From Hamiltosporidium tvaerminnensis FI-OER-3-3 (taxonomy: Eukaryota > Fungi > Microsporidia): 64,000 bases of DNA. Position numbers and translations under genes: made by a program. Positions 1-12,426 of this stretch are shown in pieces (position 1 is the first letter of the stretch; each line of letters starts with the position of its first letter). The stretch covers positions 248,001 to 312,000 of the forward strand of contig JAKIMF020000005.1 in assembly GCA_022605425.2 (NCBI GenBank), in the 5' to 3' direction. The notes beneath the pieces are model-generated. The model was not told where the DNA came from, made no database searches, and saw nothing but the letters and a program-made list of their open reading frames with translations.

Positions 1-1744
1 AACCATCTAAGCTATTTGAGCATTTTAACAATCTGCATGTTAGTAAAGGTATGAATAGCAGGAATAGTTTGAAGTCAAAAGAGGATCAGTGAGATTAAGG
101 GGTAAAATTCTAAAAGTATGTGCTTAGCACTCGAAAAGCCTTTGTTAGAGTGCCCTATCAATCGGCATATTTTGCAAGAAAAAAAACTTCACACGATTGT
201 TGAGTAATTGATAAAACTTTGCGCATTAATAATAGCCAAAATGGCAGTAAATTCTAATGCACATAATATAATCCAAGACATTCCGTTATCGAATGATATA
301 ATTTGAGCGTGAATTCAAGATCTTAGTAAAGATATTTTACTGCATACAATAGATACATGAAAGTAAGTCCACTAAAGACGGGCATATAATTTATTGGGTT
401 CACAGATATTGATAATTGCTCCAGCTACTAGTTCTTGTGCGATATATAGAAGAAAAATAATAATAAAGGAGTTTATATTTTAGGAATCACCGTGTTGACT
501 TCAAGAGAAACATATATTTGTAATCACATAAAAGATTTTTTAAAAATATTTTTACCATTGTTTGTGAAAGGCGCTATACATATTGATGGGACTAAGGTAA
601 TGTTAGGCAACATGCTGGAATTTTTTAAAAAACGAAAAGGGAATTTCTGCAAGTTACAATAACATAATGCATTTTAGATCGTTACGCATTTGCCTTAAAA
701 ACTCCACCAGAAACTTTAAAATATCATCTAATTACAGCAATAAAATCAGTAAAATATATCCGTAAACGAGCTTCAAGCATAATATTTTTCGTTTTCCGCA
801 CGAAGAAATCAATGCTGCCCATACTGATCTTCTATATCACACCGAAATAGGATGGTTCTTTGAAGGCAGCATATTGAGCGAGTTTTTAAATTGCATGAAG
901 AAATTATTCAGTTATTGACATGTCGAAACGTGATTTAGTAAATGATCTTGAGACTAAGAACTCTATTAAAGACAACCCTAGTTAGCAGGTATATAGCCCA
1001 TAAATGAATTGAGCATATCAATCAAAGTATTTGGTGCAAATATAATAGTAGCTAGTGAAAATTATCTTCATTTATTTGAAAAAAAGAAACTCGGGTACTC
1101 GAAGGGAAATTGGAAATTTTGTTAACTTTTTCTCGCTTGATTCAATTGTTGTAGAAAAAGAAAAAAAATACCAGTATACACGGCATTGCAATGCATTTTA
1201 AATCATTGACTGAATCATTAAGTGGATATCTTTCTACTTTAAATACTACCAAAATCAAAAATAGATACAAATCCAATTCTTTATAACCTAAATTCGATAG
1301 ATGATAGTGATTTAAAAAAAGAAATCTTATTAAAAGGCGAGATAGTGGACATATTTAAATGAAATTCAAACAGTTATAATGCATCCACAATTGGCAAAAG
1401 AAGCATTAGAGTTGCTTCTACCATTTGCTACTACTATTTTTATTAAATAAGGTTTTCTCCACTTTTGCACATAAAATGCAAAGCGATAAATTGCTTGAAT
1501 GGAAGCGATGACTTGATTTTTCTCTTTCAAAAAATAGATTCGCTTCACATAATTTCAATAAACAAGCAACACCAGTCTATCTATTAAATATAACAATATT
1601 TTTAAGTATTTGGTATATAATATCTAAATTTTTTTCTATAAACAACACATTTGCAAAAAATCGTAACACCTTTTGATCAGAGGCACGGAGCCCAATTTTC
1701 AGATACAAAGGGGTGCACCTCATTTACTATGTTAAAAATCATTG
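1..1744 (+). mobile_element. Decayed hAT-superfamily (Buster/Charlie/ZBED5-like) DNA transposon, 5' part outside the window
   Basis: Broken reading frames retain hAT motifs in the expected order: PSKLFEH near position 1 (cf. KPSKLxRH), IDGTKVMLG at ~582 (cf. TDGAxxMxG), LLYHTEIGW at ~829 (cf. LLxHTEVRW) and LLLPFATT at ~1412 (cf. LLPFxTTYLCE). The end at 1731-1744 (GTTAAAAATCATTG) resembles a Buster-type right TIR. Many stops and frameshifts. Confidence 0.75.
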
Positions 1745-2618
1745 ATCAAACTTATATATCTAAGGGATTAAAGAGACATCCAAGATCCATTGTTAAATTA
1801 TTTGATTATACCTTATAGATCTAATGAATAACTAATTACGTATGACAACTACAGATGAAAAGTCGATTAAGTCAAAGTTTTTTTAATAATTCTAAACTAT
1901 ACACATTATTTCTAGTCTATAAAACGAAAAAATATATGAAACAACAATTTCGATGGCGAAGAAGATTAGAATCAAAGCCGTACTATTGGTAGTAGTAATT
2001 AAAACACATTAATATCACAAAAAGCACGAAATATCAAATAAGACGAAACATCATGAAAAGATGTCGAATGCAAAATATATTAATTACGAGATAGATATTC
2101 CATAAAAGAATATAGGCGTTTATATTAAGTATTAAAATCGGAAAAAAATTGAAAAATAATACAAAAGGTGGCAATTAATGTCATATAATGCCCGAGGTTT
2201 TCGATAATCACAAAAAAATTATTTCTTTATATTCGCATATTTGATTATGAAATTTAACATCATAGTTAATATGTTAGTAGCTTTTCCGTATGGATGTGGA
2301 CTAAATTAGATGCTTATTGGATGTTTTCACTTTTATAATCTTTTAGACATTTCTTATTGACTTATTAGGCTATTAGTCAAAAGTACTTTATTTTTCCTTC
2401 AGTTATTACTTTCCTTATATTTTAGGTTCAAATTTTAAAAATTTATATCTTTCATAGTTTTTGTTCTTCATACTTTATTATTTATTTATATTCTGGTTAT
2501 ATTTCGACAATTCTTTATATTCTTTAAATTTCAATTTTTCTTTATTCTTTATCTTTCCTAATTTTCTTTTATACAATTTATTTTTGTTTATTTAAAATTT
2601 ATTTTCACAGGAACTTGA

Positions 2619-4700
2619 ATGAATAAAGAAGAAGATGTAGAAAAATATGAAAAAGAAATTTTAAAAAAAGTAATAGAAGACAAAACAAAGAAGAAAATAG
2701 AAAAGATAAACGAAGAAATAAAGCAATGTATAAAAGAAAACGATACAAAAAAGATTGATAAGTTAAACCAAAAAAAGGAAAAAATTGAGCGAAATTACGA
2801 ATCTGAGAAATTATTATTTTCAGATGAAGATTTTGAAAAGAACACATTTTCAAACTATGAAGAGATAAAACCTTTTTCCAAACATTATGAGTGTGACAAT
2901 GATTTAGAAAAATTTATTAAAGAAAGAAATATAAAAATTAAAGAAATTTATGGCGAAGAAACTGAAAAAATAGAAGATTTTTATAATTTTTTAAAAACAC
3001 AAAGTCATAAATTAGAATTTTTATATATTTACAATCCTATTTGGAATATTTTATTTTCTTATCAGAAAGAATGTCTAGATTGGTTGTTATTTTTATATAA
3101 AAACGAAGAAGGCGGTATTTTGGCAGATGAAATGGGGTTAGGAAAAACCTTACAAATTTTATCTTTTTTATCTGCCATGTTTCAAAGTAAATTCATAAAA
3201 AATGTTCTTATATTGTCACCTGCAACTGTAATGAAACACTGGGTATGCGAATGGAAGTCAATATTTCCATTCGAAAGAATTTGTATTTTTCATAAATCGA
3301 AATCCTCGTCGGTAGAAAAACTTATAAATTCATTTAAATTTTTTGGTGGCATCGGTGTTGTTTCCTACGATGGTTTCAAAATATATTTTAAAAATTTAAA
3401 AAAAATTAAATGGGATTACACGATTCTTGACGAAGGCCATAAAATTAAAAATATGAATTCTTTAATATTTAAATATGTCAAAGAATTTGAATGTGAGAAT
3501 AAGATTATGATTACTGGAACGCCTATTCAAAACAATTTAGGAGAACTTTGGACACTTTTTGATTTTATTGTACCTGGAAAGTTAGGAAGTTATTCTTCAT
3601 TTATGGAAGAATATGAAATTCCTATTAAGGAAGGTGGATATATGAATGCTAATCAAAATCAAATTCAAAAGGCGTATAAATGTAGTGTTATACTTAGAAA
3701 TCTAATCGAACCCAACATACTAAGAAGATTAAAATCCAAAGTTGCTGGCCAATTACCCAATAAAACAGACAAAGTAATTTTTTGTAGTTTGACTGAAGAA
3801 CAAATATTTTTTTATAAAAAATGTTTAGACAGTGATTTAGTGGAAGGAATTTTTAAAGGAGAAATTAATGTGTTGACAGGAATCGACTCATTGCGGAAAA
3901 TATGCAACCATTTGTTTCTTCATACGCAGAACGATAAATATTTAAATCCTGAATATTTGGTAAATTTTTGTGGAAAAATGATAATTTTAGACAATTTTTT
4001 AAAAAAATGGAAAAAAGAAGAAAATAAAGTTTTAATTTTTTCACAGACAATAGGAATGTTGAATATAATCGAAAAATATTTAAAATATTCTAATTTTAAT
4101 TATTTAAGAATGGACGGTAAGACTTCAATTTCAAAAAGAAATGAAAATATTGAAAAATTTAATAATGAAAAAAATATTTTTGTTTTTTTACTCACCACAC
4201 GTGTTGGTGGTTTGGGATTGAACCTGGTTGGAGCAAACAGAGTTATAATTTACGATCCAGATTGGAATCCTTCTACTGACAACCAAGCAAAAGAAAGAGC
4301 GTATAGATATGGACAATCACAAGATGTAGAAACGTACAGACTTATCTGTGCAAATACGATAGAAGAAAAAGTTTATCAAAAACAAATTTTTAAAAATTTA
4401 CTTTCTAAAAAAATTCTAAAAAATCCAAATATTTCCAAATTTTTCGCCAAATCAAATCTTATTGATATTTTTACCTACGAACACAACACAACCCAAATAG
4501 GTAAAATTACTTCACCAGAAAATGAAAATGTACAAGAATCTAACTTTATAGATTTACATGATTATGAATTTAAAAATATTATAGAATTAACCAATGAAGA
4601 AAAAAAAATAATTAGTAATTATAAACTTAAAAATATACTTACAGACACAGAAATGATAGATTTTATTAATTTAAGAGAAAGAGATATAAAAGAGGATTGA
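2619..4700 (+). CDS. RAD26: SNF2-family DNA-dependent ATPase, Rad26/ERCC6 (CSB)-like
   Basis: GGILADEMGLGKT, ILDEGHKIKN, TGTPIQNNLGELW, LLTTRVGGLGLNLVGANRVIIYDPDWNPSTDNQAKERAYRYGQ. PATVMKHWV and GGYMNA are typical of the ERCC6/Rad26 subfamily. Confidence 0.9.
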   Translation: MNKEEDVEKYEKEILKKVIEDKTKKKIEKINEEIKQCIKENDTKKIDKLNQKKEKIERNYESEKLLFSDEDFEKNTFSNYEEIKPFSKHYECDNDLEKFIKERNIKIKEIYGEETEKIEDFYNFLKTQSHKLEFLYIYNPIWNILFSYQKECLDWLLFLYKNEEGGILADEMGLGKTLQILSFLSAMFQSKFIKNVLILSPATVMKHWVCEWKSIFPFERICIFHKSKSSSVEKLINSFKFFGGIGVVSYDGFKIYFKNLKKIKWDYTILDEGHKIKNMNSLIFKYVKEFECENKIMITGTPIQNNLGELWTLFDFIVPGKLGSYSSFMEEYEIPIKEGGYMNANQNQIQKAYKCSVILRNLIEPNILRRLKSKVAGQLPNKTDKVIFCSLTEEQIFFYKKCLDSDLVEGIFKGEINVLTGIDSLRKICNHLFLHTQNDKYLNPEYLVNFCGKMIILDNFLKKWKKEENKVLIFSQTIGMLNIIEKYLKYSNFNYLRMDGKTSISKRNENIEKFNNEKNIFVFLLTTRVGGLGLNLVGANRVIIYDPDWNPSTDNQAKERAYRYGQSQDVETYRLICANTIEEKVYQKQIFKNLLSKKILKNPNISKFFAKSNLIDIFTYEHNTTQIGKITSPENENVQESNFIDLHDYEFKNIIELTNEEKKIISNYKLKNILTDTEMIDFINLRERDIKED

Positions 4701-4714
4701 AATAACTTAGAAAT

Positions 4715-4940
4715 ATATAGAATGAGGAAATAAGGAAATATATCACACAAATAAAATAAAAATATTTTAAAATTTTATTAAATAAACTAGAATGAAGAAA
4801 TAAGGAAATATATCACACAAATAAAATAAGAATAGTTTGAAATTTTAGAAATATAGAATGAAAGGATAAGAAGTTATATTTATCACTCAAATAAAATATT
4901 ATGATTAAAAAAAAATATAAAATGAAAGGATAAGGAAATG
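4715..4940. repeat. Degenerate ~66-70 bp tandem repeat just downstream of RAD26
   Basis: TAGAATGA(G/A)GAAATAAGGAAATATATCACACAAATAAAATAA recurs at ~4718 and ~4788, with a more diverged copy at ~4854. Confidence 0.75.
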
Positions 4941-5067
4941 AAATGCTTTAAAAATATAATAATTTTAAATTTTTTAATATTTTCAAAATATAGATTTAAA
5001 TTATTGCTTAAATATTAAAATCAAAATAATTAAAATTTAAAATTACAATTAATTGTATTACTGATCT

Positions 5068-5245
5068 ATTTTTTTTAAAAAAACTTTATTTAATATTTTA
5101 CTTTTTAAGCATAAATTTTTTAATTTAGATGCATAAAAACGATTGCAATATATTTTTTTAAAAAAGCTTTATTTAATATTTTACTTTTTAAGCAAAAATT
5201 TTTTAATTTAGATGCATAAAAACGATTACAATATATTTTTTTAAT
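5068..5245. repeat. 83-bp tandem duplication upstream of the 5261 ORF
   Basis: CTTTATTTAATATTTTACTTTTTAAGC...TAGATGCATAAAAACGATT occurs at 5084 and 5167. Confidence 0.85.
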
Positions 5246-5260
5246 AAAATTCAAAAACCC

Positions 5261-5821
5261 ATGAATAAATCTTCTTTTGCTGAAAATTATAAAAAAAATT
5301 TAGAAAAAATACTTCTTAAATATTCAAATATAAATGATGAAAAAGAAATTGGAATTGATTTATTTGAAAGAAAATCAAATAATAGGAAATCTAATGACAA
5401 TGAATTAAATAATAGAAAATTAAGAAATAAAGAATCAATTAATACAGAATTAAGAGATATAAAATCAGATAGAAAATTAAGAAATAAAGAATTAAATAAT
5501 AAAAAATTAAATAATAGAAAATTAAATAATGGAAAATTAAGAAAAAGAGCCTCAATTAATAGAAAATCAAATAATACAGAATCAAATAATAGAAAATCTA
5601 ATAATAAAGAATCAAGTAATAGAAAATTAAATGTGGAGGAAGACAATTATTATAATGCTTTCTTTAGTAAATCACATAAAAGATGTCTGACTCAGCAAAA
5701 AGATTTTAAAACGGTGGATAAACTTATTGGTTCGTATGGGTTTAATATTATTTTTGATACACTTTTTTCTGATTGTAATTTTGATACTTTATATGAGAAA
5801 GTAATTGATTATAATTTATAA
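5261..5821 (+). CDS. Hypothetical protein with an internal 15-nt (N-N-R-K-L/S) repeat expansion
   Basis: 186-aa ORF with a CCC motif directly before the ATG (AAAACCCATG). Unique N- and C-termini flank a 5-aa repeat. Confidence 0.65.
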   Translation: MNKSSFAENYKKNLEKILLKYSNINDEKEIGIDLFERKSNNRKSNDNELNNRKLRNKESINTELRDIKSDRKLRNKELNNKKLNNRKLNNGKLRKRASINRKSNNTESNNRKSNNKESSNRKLNVEEDNYYNAFFSKSHKRCLTQQKDFKTVDKLIGSYGFNIIFDTLFSDCNFDTLYEKVIDYNL

Positions 5822-6296
5822 AATAAAATGTAAATCGAATTTTTTTTTAATTTCTGTTTTTTTTTTAATTTTTTTTTTAAATTTTTAAATAAATGAAACA
5901 TAAAATTTTTTGGAAAATATTGAAATAGAAATATTTTTTTAATTTAAAAAATTTATTTGGAAAAGATATTTGAATTTAAAAAAAATTTATTTGGAAGAGA
6001 TATCTGAAAATTAAAAAATTTATTTTGAAGAGATATTTAGTTTTTTAAAAAAAGTTATTTTTAAATAAAATAATATCATTTTAAAAAAAAAATTTCTAAA
6101 TGAAATATTACGAGGAAGATGAGTTAAAACAGAAATCTTTTTAAAATTCAATACTTTTAAATATTTTTTTATAAAAAAATAGAAATTTGAAAGAAAAACA
6201 TGAGATTTATAATTTTATTCACTTTAAAAATATCAGAAATATAAGTCAAACCCTGATGAATAAAAGTCACTGGTCATTGACCGTGACTGCTCAAAA

Positions 6297-6653
6297 TTAG
6301 TAGCATACGAAAGGTTGCCAGTATCCTTCACAAGTAGCATTGTGCTTTGGCGTGAAGAAACAGACTTTGGAATTAGTATTTGCTACCAAATGAGTAGACA
6401 CAGGTTCAATGCCAGATGAGCTTTTAGGAGGGTCATTTACAGACGGACAGTACTGTAAATGACCATATATCAGTATTTCAAGCCGGGCTAATCTCTCTTT
6501 CAATTCATTGTTTGTCTGTAAAAGACTTTCATTCAATTTTTCTAACATTTCTATTTTCTTTTGCCGGTTTTCAACACTTTTTCTCGCTGACAGTCTATTT
6601 TTTAGTTGAACTGCCTTTTTCTTTTCATCGTCACAAATCACCGGTCTTCGCAT
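6297..6653 (-). CDS. Small bZIP transcription factor (ATF/AP-1-like)
   Basis: Basic region KNRLSARKSVENRQKK followed by a heptad zipper (L..LNE.L...N..L...L..L) and H-x3-C, as in ATF/Fos-type bZIPs. CCC motif before the ATG (ACCCTTACATG). Confidence 0.8.
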   Translation of the reverse strand: MRRPVICDDEKKKAVQLKNRLSARKSVENRQKKIEMLEKLNESLLQTNNELKERLARLEILIYGHLQYCPSVNDPPKSSSGIEPVSTHLVANTNSKVCFFTPKHNATCEGYWQPFVCY

Positions 6654-7077
6654 GTAAGGGTTTGTATTTTAATTTCATTTTTAAAATTATATTAAATTTC
6701 TAGAAAAAAAAATAATTTAATTTTTTAATAAAAAATTTTTTATCTTTGATCACCGATAAGAATTTTTTAATATAATTTTTTATTAAAAATTTAAAAATAT
6801 CAATCTAATGATATATTAAATCTAATTTGTATTTATATATCATTTGCTTGTTTGACTTGTACCACGTTTTCTTTCTATAATCTCCTTTATATTTTATTAT
6901 TTTTATTATTCAATAACAAATTATATGTAATTTAATACATTTTTGCATTGATTTAATCTAAAATCACAAAGCAATATATAAATAAATTTATGTGTCTATT
7001 TATAGTAAATTTAAAAACATAAATTAAATTTAAGTTTTATGACATATTTTTAGAGTTTAACTTTTATTAATGTGATT

Positions 7078-7260
7078 AATTTTGTAGCAAATTTCTGTAT
7101 TTAAATTTGTATTTTGTAGTTTAGTTTTGTGTAATTAAATGTAAATCTAATCATTTGTAGCAAATTTCTTTATTTAAATTTGTAAAGTTGTTTTTTAGTT
7201 TTGTGTAATTAAATGTAATACTAATCATTTGTAACAAATTTCTTTATTTACATTTTTAAA
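7078..7260. repeat. ~73-bp tandem repeat (about 2.5 copies) upstream of the bZIP gene
   Basis: TTTGTA(G/A)CAAATTTCT.TATTTA recurs three times and TAGTTTTGTGTAATTAAATGTAA twice. Confidence 0.75.
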
Positions 7261-7924
7261 GTTGCATGAATAAGCAATGAAATTGATTTCGGAAACTTAT
7301 TTGGTAATAAATGATTGTAAAAACAACAATAAGAAGAAAAATGGGGATTATAGAGGTAATCTGAACAAAATTACTTTTAAATGTAGAATATATTCAATGC
7401 GAATCATTCTTTTTCATGTTTAACTTATATAGATATTGTATTTGATATATTTTTTATATCTGAAATTCCGAACATAGAATTAAAGAAAAGAGATAAATAA
7501 TTTGTATTTTGATAGAAATTTATTTAATTTATGCCAAATTTTATTGGTTTATGGTAAACACAATCTGTTTCTTCCTTCTTAGAATCAACTTAATGTTAAA
7601 AACATTTATTTCTGCTGAAAAATTTCTTAGATCAAAAGAAATACTTCGGCTGTAACTTTGGTACTGTCGACTGTATATATGCATCGATTTTATGGTACAT
7701 GGAACTTATTTTAAGTTACAGCTTATAATAGATAGAACTAATGTAGAGTTATTCACTTAAAGGAATATTACAACACTATCTATAAATTACAGGCAGTAAT
7801 TCTTATAGTAGGCTTTTATTTCATTGATTTTTTCAATTTCAACAATCATTTGTGAATTTTATTTTTATTCCCACTTCAATGAGTGTTATTCTATTTAAAT
7901 TCATATCTAAAGTAAAAATCAGGC

Positions 7925-8056
7925 CTATTTTTACAAACATTAACTTAAGTTTTTATTCTGATGTCCACTCTTATCTCTGCATACTCATTTTCCAGAATTT
8001 ATTGAACTGTGTGACTTCTAATTCGTTTTGAAGACTTAAATTTATATTTATTTAGA
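7925..8056 (-). mobile_element. Internal fragment (endonuclease region) of the RLE non-LTR retrotransposon
   Basis: GTTTTTATTCTGATGTCCACTCTTATCTCTGCATACTCAT...TAATTCGTTTTGAAGACTTAAA matches ~22840-22950. Confidence 0.85.
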
Positions 8057-9038
8057 AAGGTAATGAGGGTTCTTAAAATTATCTTATTATGTAATTAAAT
8101 AGAATAATTTAGTCTTTCCTTTCCCGAAAAAACACATAAATCATATTCAATATATCATTTAACTCTAAGTTTTCAGAGCATTAAACACAAATTTTTTTTT
8201 ATAGATTCATATATGTATTCAGGAATAATTTTTTACAAAAAAAAGAGTAAAATTGCAAATCAAAATTGAATTTTCAACCTTTTAAAATTCAGGTTTTTCA
8301 TTTCTTAAAAATAAGATAAATGAATTTCCGGTGGAATTTTCAAAATTATTTTTCTACCTATAAATACATCAAATATCTTCTAATCAAGATGTTATATAGT
8401 CAAAAATCTATTATCGATTGATTATGACTTTTACATTCCACATTTTACTCAAAAAATATTTTTAAAAATAAATTTAAAAACAGTTAAAATTTATAATAAA
8501 ATTAAAAAGTATAAATAAAATATCAGATAATCTATTTTATACTAAAATTAAATAAAATATCAGACAATCTATTTTATACTAAGATTAAAAAAAAATGTTT
8601 CAAATTTCTGATAAATCCTATAAAATGAATATAAATATTTTTTTAAAATATTCGGTATTAAAATATAAAAAATATTCAAATATGAGTCAGTAAAAGCACT
8701 TTAACAATAAAAAATAGTGAAAAAATAAATTTCTGCTTTAATTAAATTCTTAGATAAATTAAATAAATTATTTTTTACAAAAAACAATACAAACACATAT
8801 ATTAACTATAAGGAATCCTTAAAGAAACAAAAATCCTAAAAAAACCAATATTTTTGTAAAAAATAATATCCTAACAAAAATTCTAAATAATATATAATTG
8901 AAGAATATAAATCCTAAAAGTGCAAAAATCCTAAAAAAAACCAATATCCTAACAAATATATAATTGAACAATATAAATCCTTAAAGAAAGAAAAATCCTA
9001 AATATAAATCTTAGAAGAAAATTAATTTTTATTTTATT

Positions 9039-9362
9039 TTATTCATTTTTTTTTATATCCTCAAATTCTTTACTATCCCCTTCCTCGCTATGAACATTAC
9101 ACTCTGTAAAAGTACTTTTATTATCCAAAATATCCGTACCAATAATATCATCAGAATTAGAAATAATACTTGTTTCTTCTTTTAAATTAAACTTTTCCAT
9201 TTCATTACGCATTCGATTTAGAAATTCTTCTTTATCTTTTAAAAGAGTCATTTTTATAGGATTTATTCTTTTAAATTGTTTTCTAAAAGGAGAACGTCCT
9301 ATTTTATTTGTTGGGGAGTCATAGTTATAAAAATTGTTTCCTTTGGTATTTTCTTCTGGCAT
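9039..9362 (-). CDS. Hypothetical protein; likely start at MPEEN rather than 9458
   Basis: The ATG at 9362 is preceded by CCCCTTGAAA (CCC motif) and is in frame with the called ORF. The upstream extension is low-complexity AT sequence. Confidence 0.55.
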   Translation of the reverse strand: MPEENTKGNNFYNYDSPTNKIGRSPFRKQFKRINPIKMTLLKDKEEFLNRMRNEMEKFNLKEETSIISNSDDIIGTDILDNKSTFTECNVHSEEGDSKEFEDIKKNE

Positions 9363-9614
9363 TTTCAAGGGGACATAAATTATATTTACAAGAATTAAAA
9401 AATACTTTTTTTTTAAATATTTTAAAGAATATAAATTCTCTTGTTCAGGTATATTCAAAGGAAATTTTTGTATTTCATTTTAAATATATTCGGAAGTATA
9501 AAACTATATCTTTACAGATTTAGAAAAAATAATATTTGTATTTGAAAAATTATAATTTATTTAAAAAATGTAAATAAATCTAAAAAATGTAATTTAAATA
9601 ATGAATTTTTTGTC

Positions 9615-9771
9615 TAAATTCAATACTTCGGTATAGAAAAGATTAAATGAATATTTCTGTAATATTTATCTATTAATAAAAAAAAAATTGTATTTTTATG
9701 ATAATTTATCGATTAATTGGATATAACAGAAATATTCATTTAATCTTTTCTGTACCAAAGTATTGAATTTA
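9615..9771. mobile_element. MITE-like 157-bp element with 46-bp inverted arms
   Basis: 9615-9660 is the reverse complement of 9726-9771 with 2 mismatches. Both outer ends are TA. Confidence 0.6.
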
Positions 9772-10060
9772 TTATTCTGTTATTATACATCTATTCTAAT
9801 TCTTTACAAAGAAACAATAATTTATATTAATCTGAACATTTAAATGAATTTCATTTTATGATAACAAATATTTGAATAAAAAAACATCTTTTTGTTATAA
9901 AAAAAGAAAAAAATTCATTTCTATAACAAAAAAATATAAAAAAAGACAAATCCATATAATAATTAAAAAAAGAAATCAACTGAATTCTAATATTTTTAAT
10001 TTTTATTAAATAAAGAAAAATAGAAATATCTTTAAAAATACTATAGTTACGACCCTTCTT

Positions 10061-10570
10061 ATGTACTGTATAATTTGTCAAAAATCATTTAAAAATACTT
10101 TATCTTATAACACACATTGTACAAGTAAAAACCATAAAAATACGTTATCGTTGTATAATAAAGATAGAAGAGAATTTAGAAAAAAACTAACAGATAATTT
10201 TATATCAGATTTTTATGAGTATGTATCTTGCGTAGAAGAATATACAGAGATAAATAATTTGTACAAACGGTTTATTAGTAAATCTAAGTGTAGAATTCAA
10301 GGGACGTTTTTTAAAGATTTGGGATGTGTGGTTGATAAGTTGAAAAATAGAATTTCTGTTCAGATGTGTGATGGGGAAGTTTATGTTAAACAGAATAGTG
10401 TTAGTAGATTTGGGGATTTTAAATGTAAAGATTCTTCTAAAATGTTTGATTTAAGTGTAAATAATACTGAGCCAGATACAGATACTTTGGAAATCCGTCA
10501 CGAAGATTATAGAGATGAAGAATATGTAAGAGAAGAAAAGAAATATGAAAATATTTTTGATAATTTGTAA
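10061..10570 (+). CDS. KIN17: KIN17/Rts2-like C2H2 zinc-finger protein (reduced)
   Basis: N-terminal YCxxCQK...H-C-x-S-x-x-H finger followed by the FxxDF helix, as in KIN17. CCC motif before the ATG. Confidence 0.65.
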   Translation: MYCIICQKSFKNTLSYNTHCTSKNHKNTLSLYNKDRREFRKKLTDNFISDFYEYVSCVEEYTEINNLYKRFISKSKCRIQGTFFKDLGCVVDKLKNRISVQMCDGEVYVKQNSVSRFGDFKCKDSSKMFDLSVNNTEPDTDTLEIRHEDYRDEEYVREEKKYENIFDNL

Positions 10571-12426
10571 AATATATTAGAATTTATTAGAAAAGCAAGA
10601 AGTATGAAAATATTATGAAAAGAAATATTAAAATATTTTTGATAAACTGTAAAATATATAAGAATTTATTAGAAAAGCAAGAAGTATGAAAATATTGTGA
10701 AAAGAAATCTAGAATTGTTTAATCCGTAAGAAAAGATATAAAATTTGAAAAATGTATTTATTCTCACATTTTTATAGTTGAAATACTTACATATTACTGG
10801 ATAATTACATTTATATATAAATAAATTACATTAAACATTGAAACAGTGTTTTTCACATTTTAATACTATTTTTTTTTACTTTAACAGTTGAATTCTGCCA
10901 TATAAACAAGAAAATATTATGAAAATAATTTTGGTACCATAAATTGATGCAAAAAATATAATGGAGTTTTTTTAAAAAATTTCGAATATATTTTATAAAT
11001 TTCTCATACAAATAAGATCAAATATGTAAATATTTTAGAACATTAGAAATTATACCTTTAATTTAAATTAATTTAATCTATCTAATATAGAATATTAAAA
11101 AATCCTATTAAATATTTCTTAAATTCTCTTCTACTTAGAATTTAGAGGTATTATAGAAACCTTTAACGCATCTTTAAATAATATTAATTAGGGATTATAC
11201 GATATCGGTTCGTATTTCTCTTTTGATTAAGAGATCGATTTGCTATATTCTCTAAGCTTTCAAACAAAACAGGTTTTCCCATAAAGAGATTATATATAAG
11301 TATATTTCTTTATAATTTCATTATACCATAGCTATTGTATGTTTTGAATGTTATTTTGCCCCTATTTTTGTATTATTTATGAAATACCCTCCACTATATA
11401 ATATTTAATTTTGGGATTTTGTTCAGTGACTTAAAATCAAAATAAAATTCATTTTTTAATAGAATATTTCATTTTTAAACAAATAAAAAATTTGTCATGA
11501 CTATCGCCCTAAACTTACATGGATATTTCTCACAAAACATACATGAAGGTTATTCTTTCTTTAGAAATAAAATTATTTTTTTATCTTTCATACAATATTA
11601 GTCGATCAATTTTAGTAAAATTTGAATTTAGTTTATCTTAATTTTGCACGTTTAAATCATTATTTAAGATTTTAATCTACTTTATGAAAAGTTTTCTTAT
11701 AAATAATAAAATTATTTGTTTCAACAATTTATTTTTTAGAAACATTTTGTTATGAAAAAGATTTTTAGGTTTTTTTTAATCTGTTTTCAATTAAATCTAC
11801 GATCTTGGTAAAAATCATATGTATGACTCTCTATATAGTTAAAAAAAGGTATAATTTTTGACTTAAACAAAAATAAATACAATTTAAACTTAATCTATAT
11901 ATTAAATAAAAATACCATCTCAGGTTATCACATAAGGAATTATTTCAACACTACATCTATAAATAAGATTAGACTTTTAGATAGATATGTAAGAAATCTA
12001 ATTTAGGTTTCTTAATAAATTCAAAAAAAATATATAAAAATTTATTATTTGTATTCAATTAGAAAAATGTTTAAATCTTTAATTTGAGAACTTTTTGAGG
12101 AAAAGAAGAGATTTATAAATATAAAAATTGTAAAAAAATGACTTTAGACCTCTTACCATCCTTAACTTTATTCTTTGACTTATTATAGAAAATACAATAC
12201 CAATGAAACGATCTATGTAAGGCAAATGACTTTTGCAAAACAATATTTTTTTTAATCAAATATGCTCCAATCGTACCAAATGCTTTTAAATCTTTCCACC
12301 TGTTTTTTCGTCAAAATGTATTTTTCTCTGATTGTAACGGACAGGGGTTTAAATTTTATTGAAATATTTATTTTTAAAAAATTAAAGAAAATTTAAAATT
12401 AAAAAAGAGTAATTAAGACATTATAT

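Noticed and set aside
2590-2620. TTTTCACAG as a 3' splice site before RAD26
   Set aside because: An in-frame TGA sits immediately before the ATG, and no upstream exon or donor is evident.
5287-5646. Antisense ORFs opposite real genes (also 12437, 18469, 20194, 37464, 55420 and others)
   Set aside because: Shadow frames caused by codon bias and low-complexity repeats.
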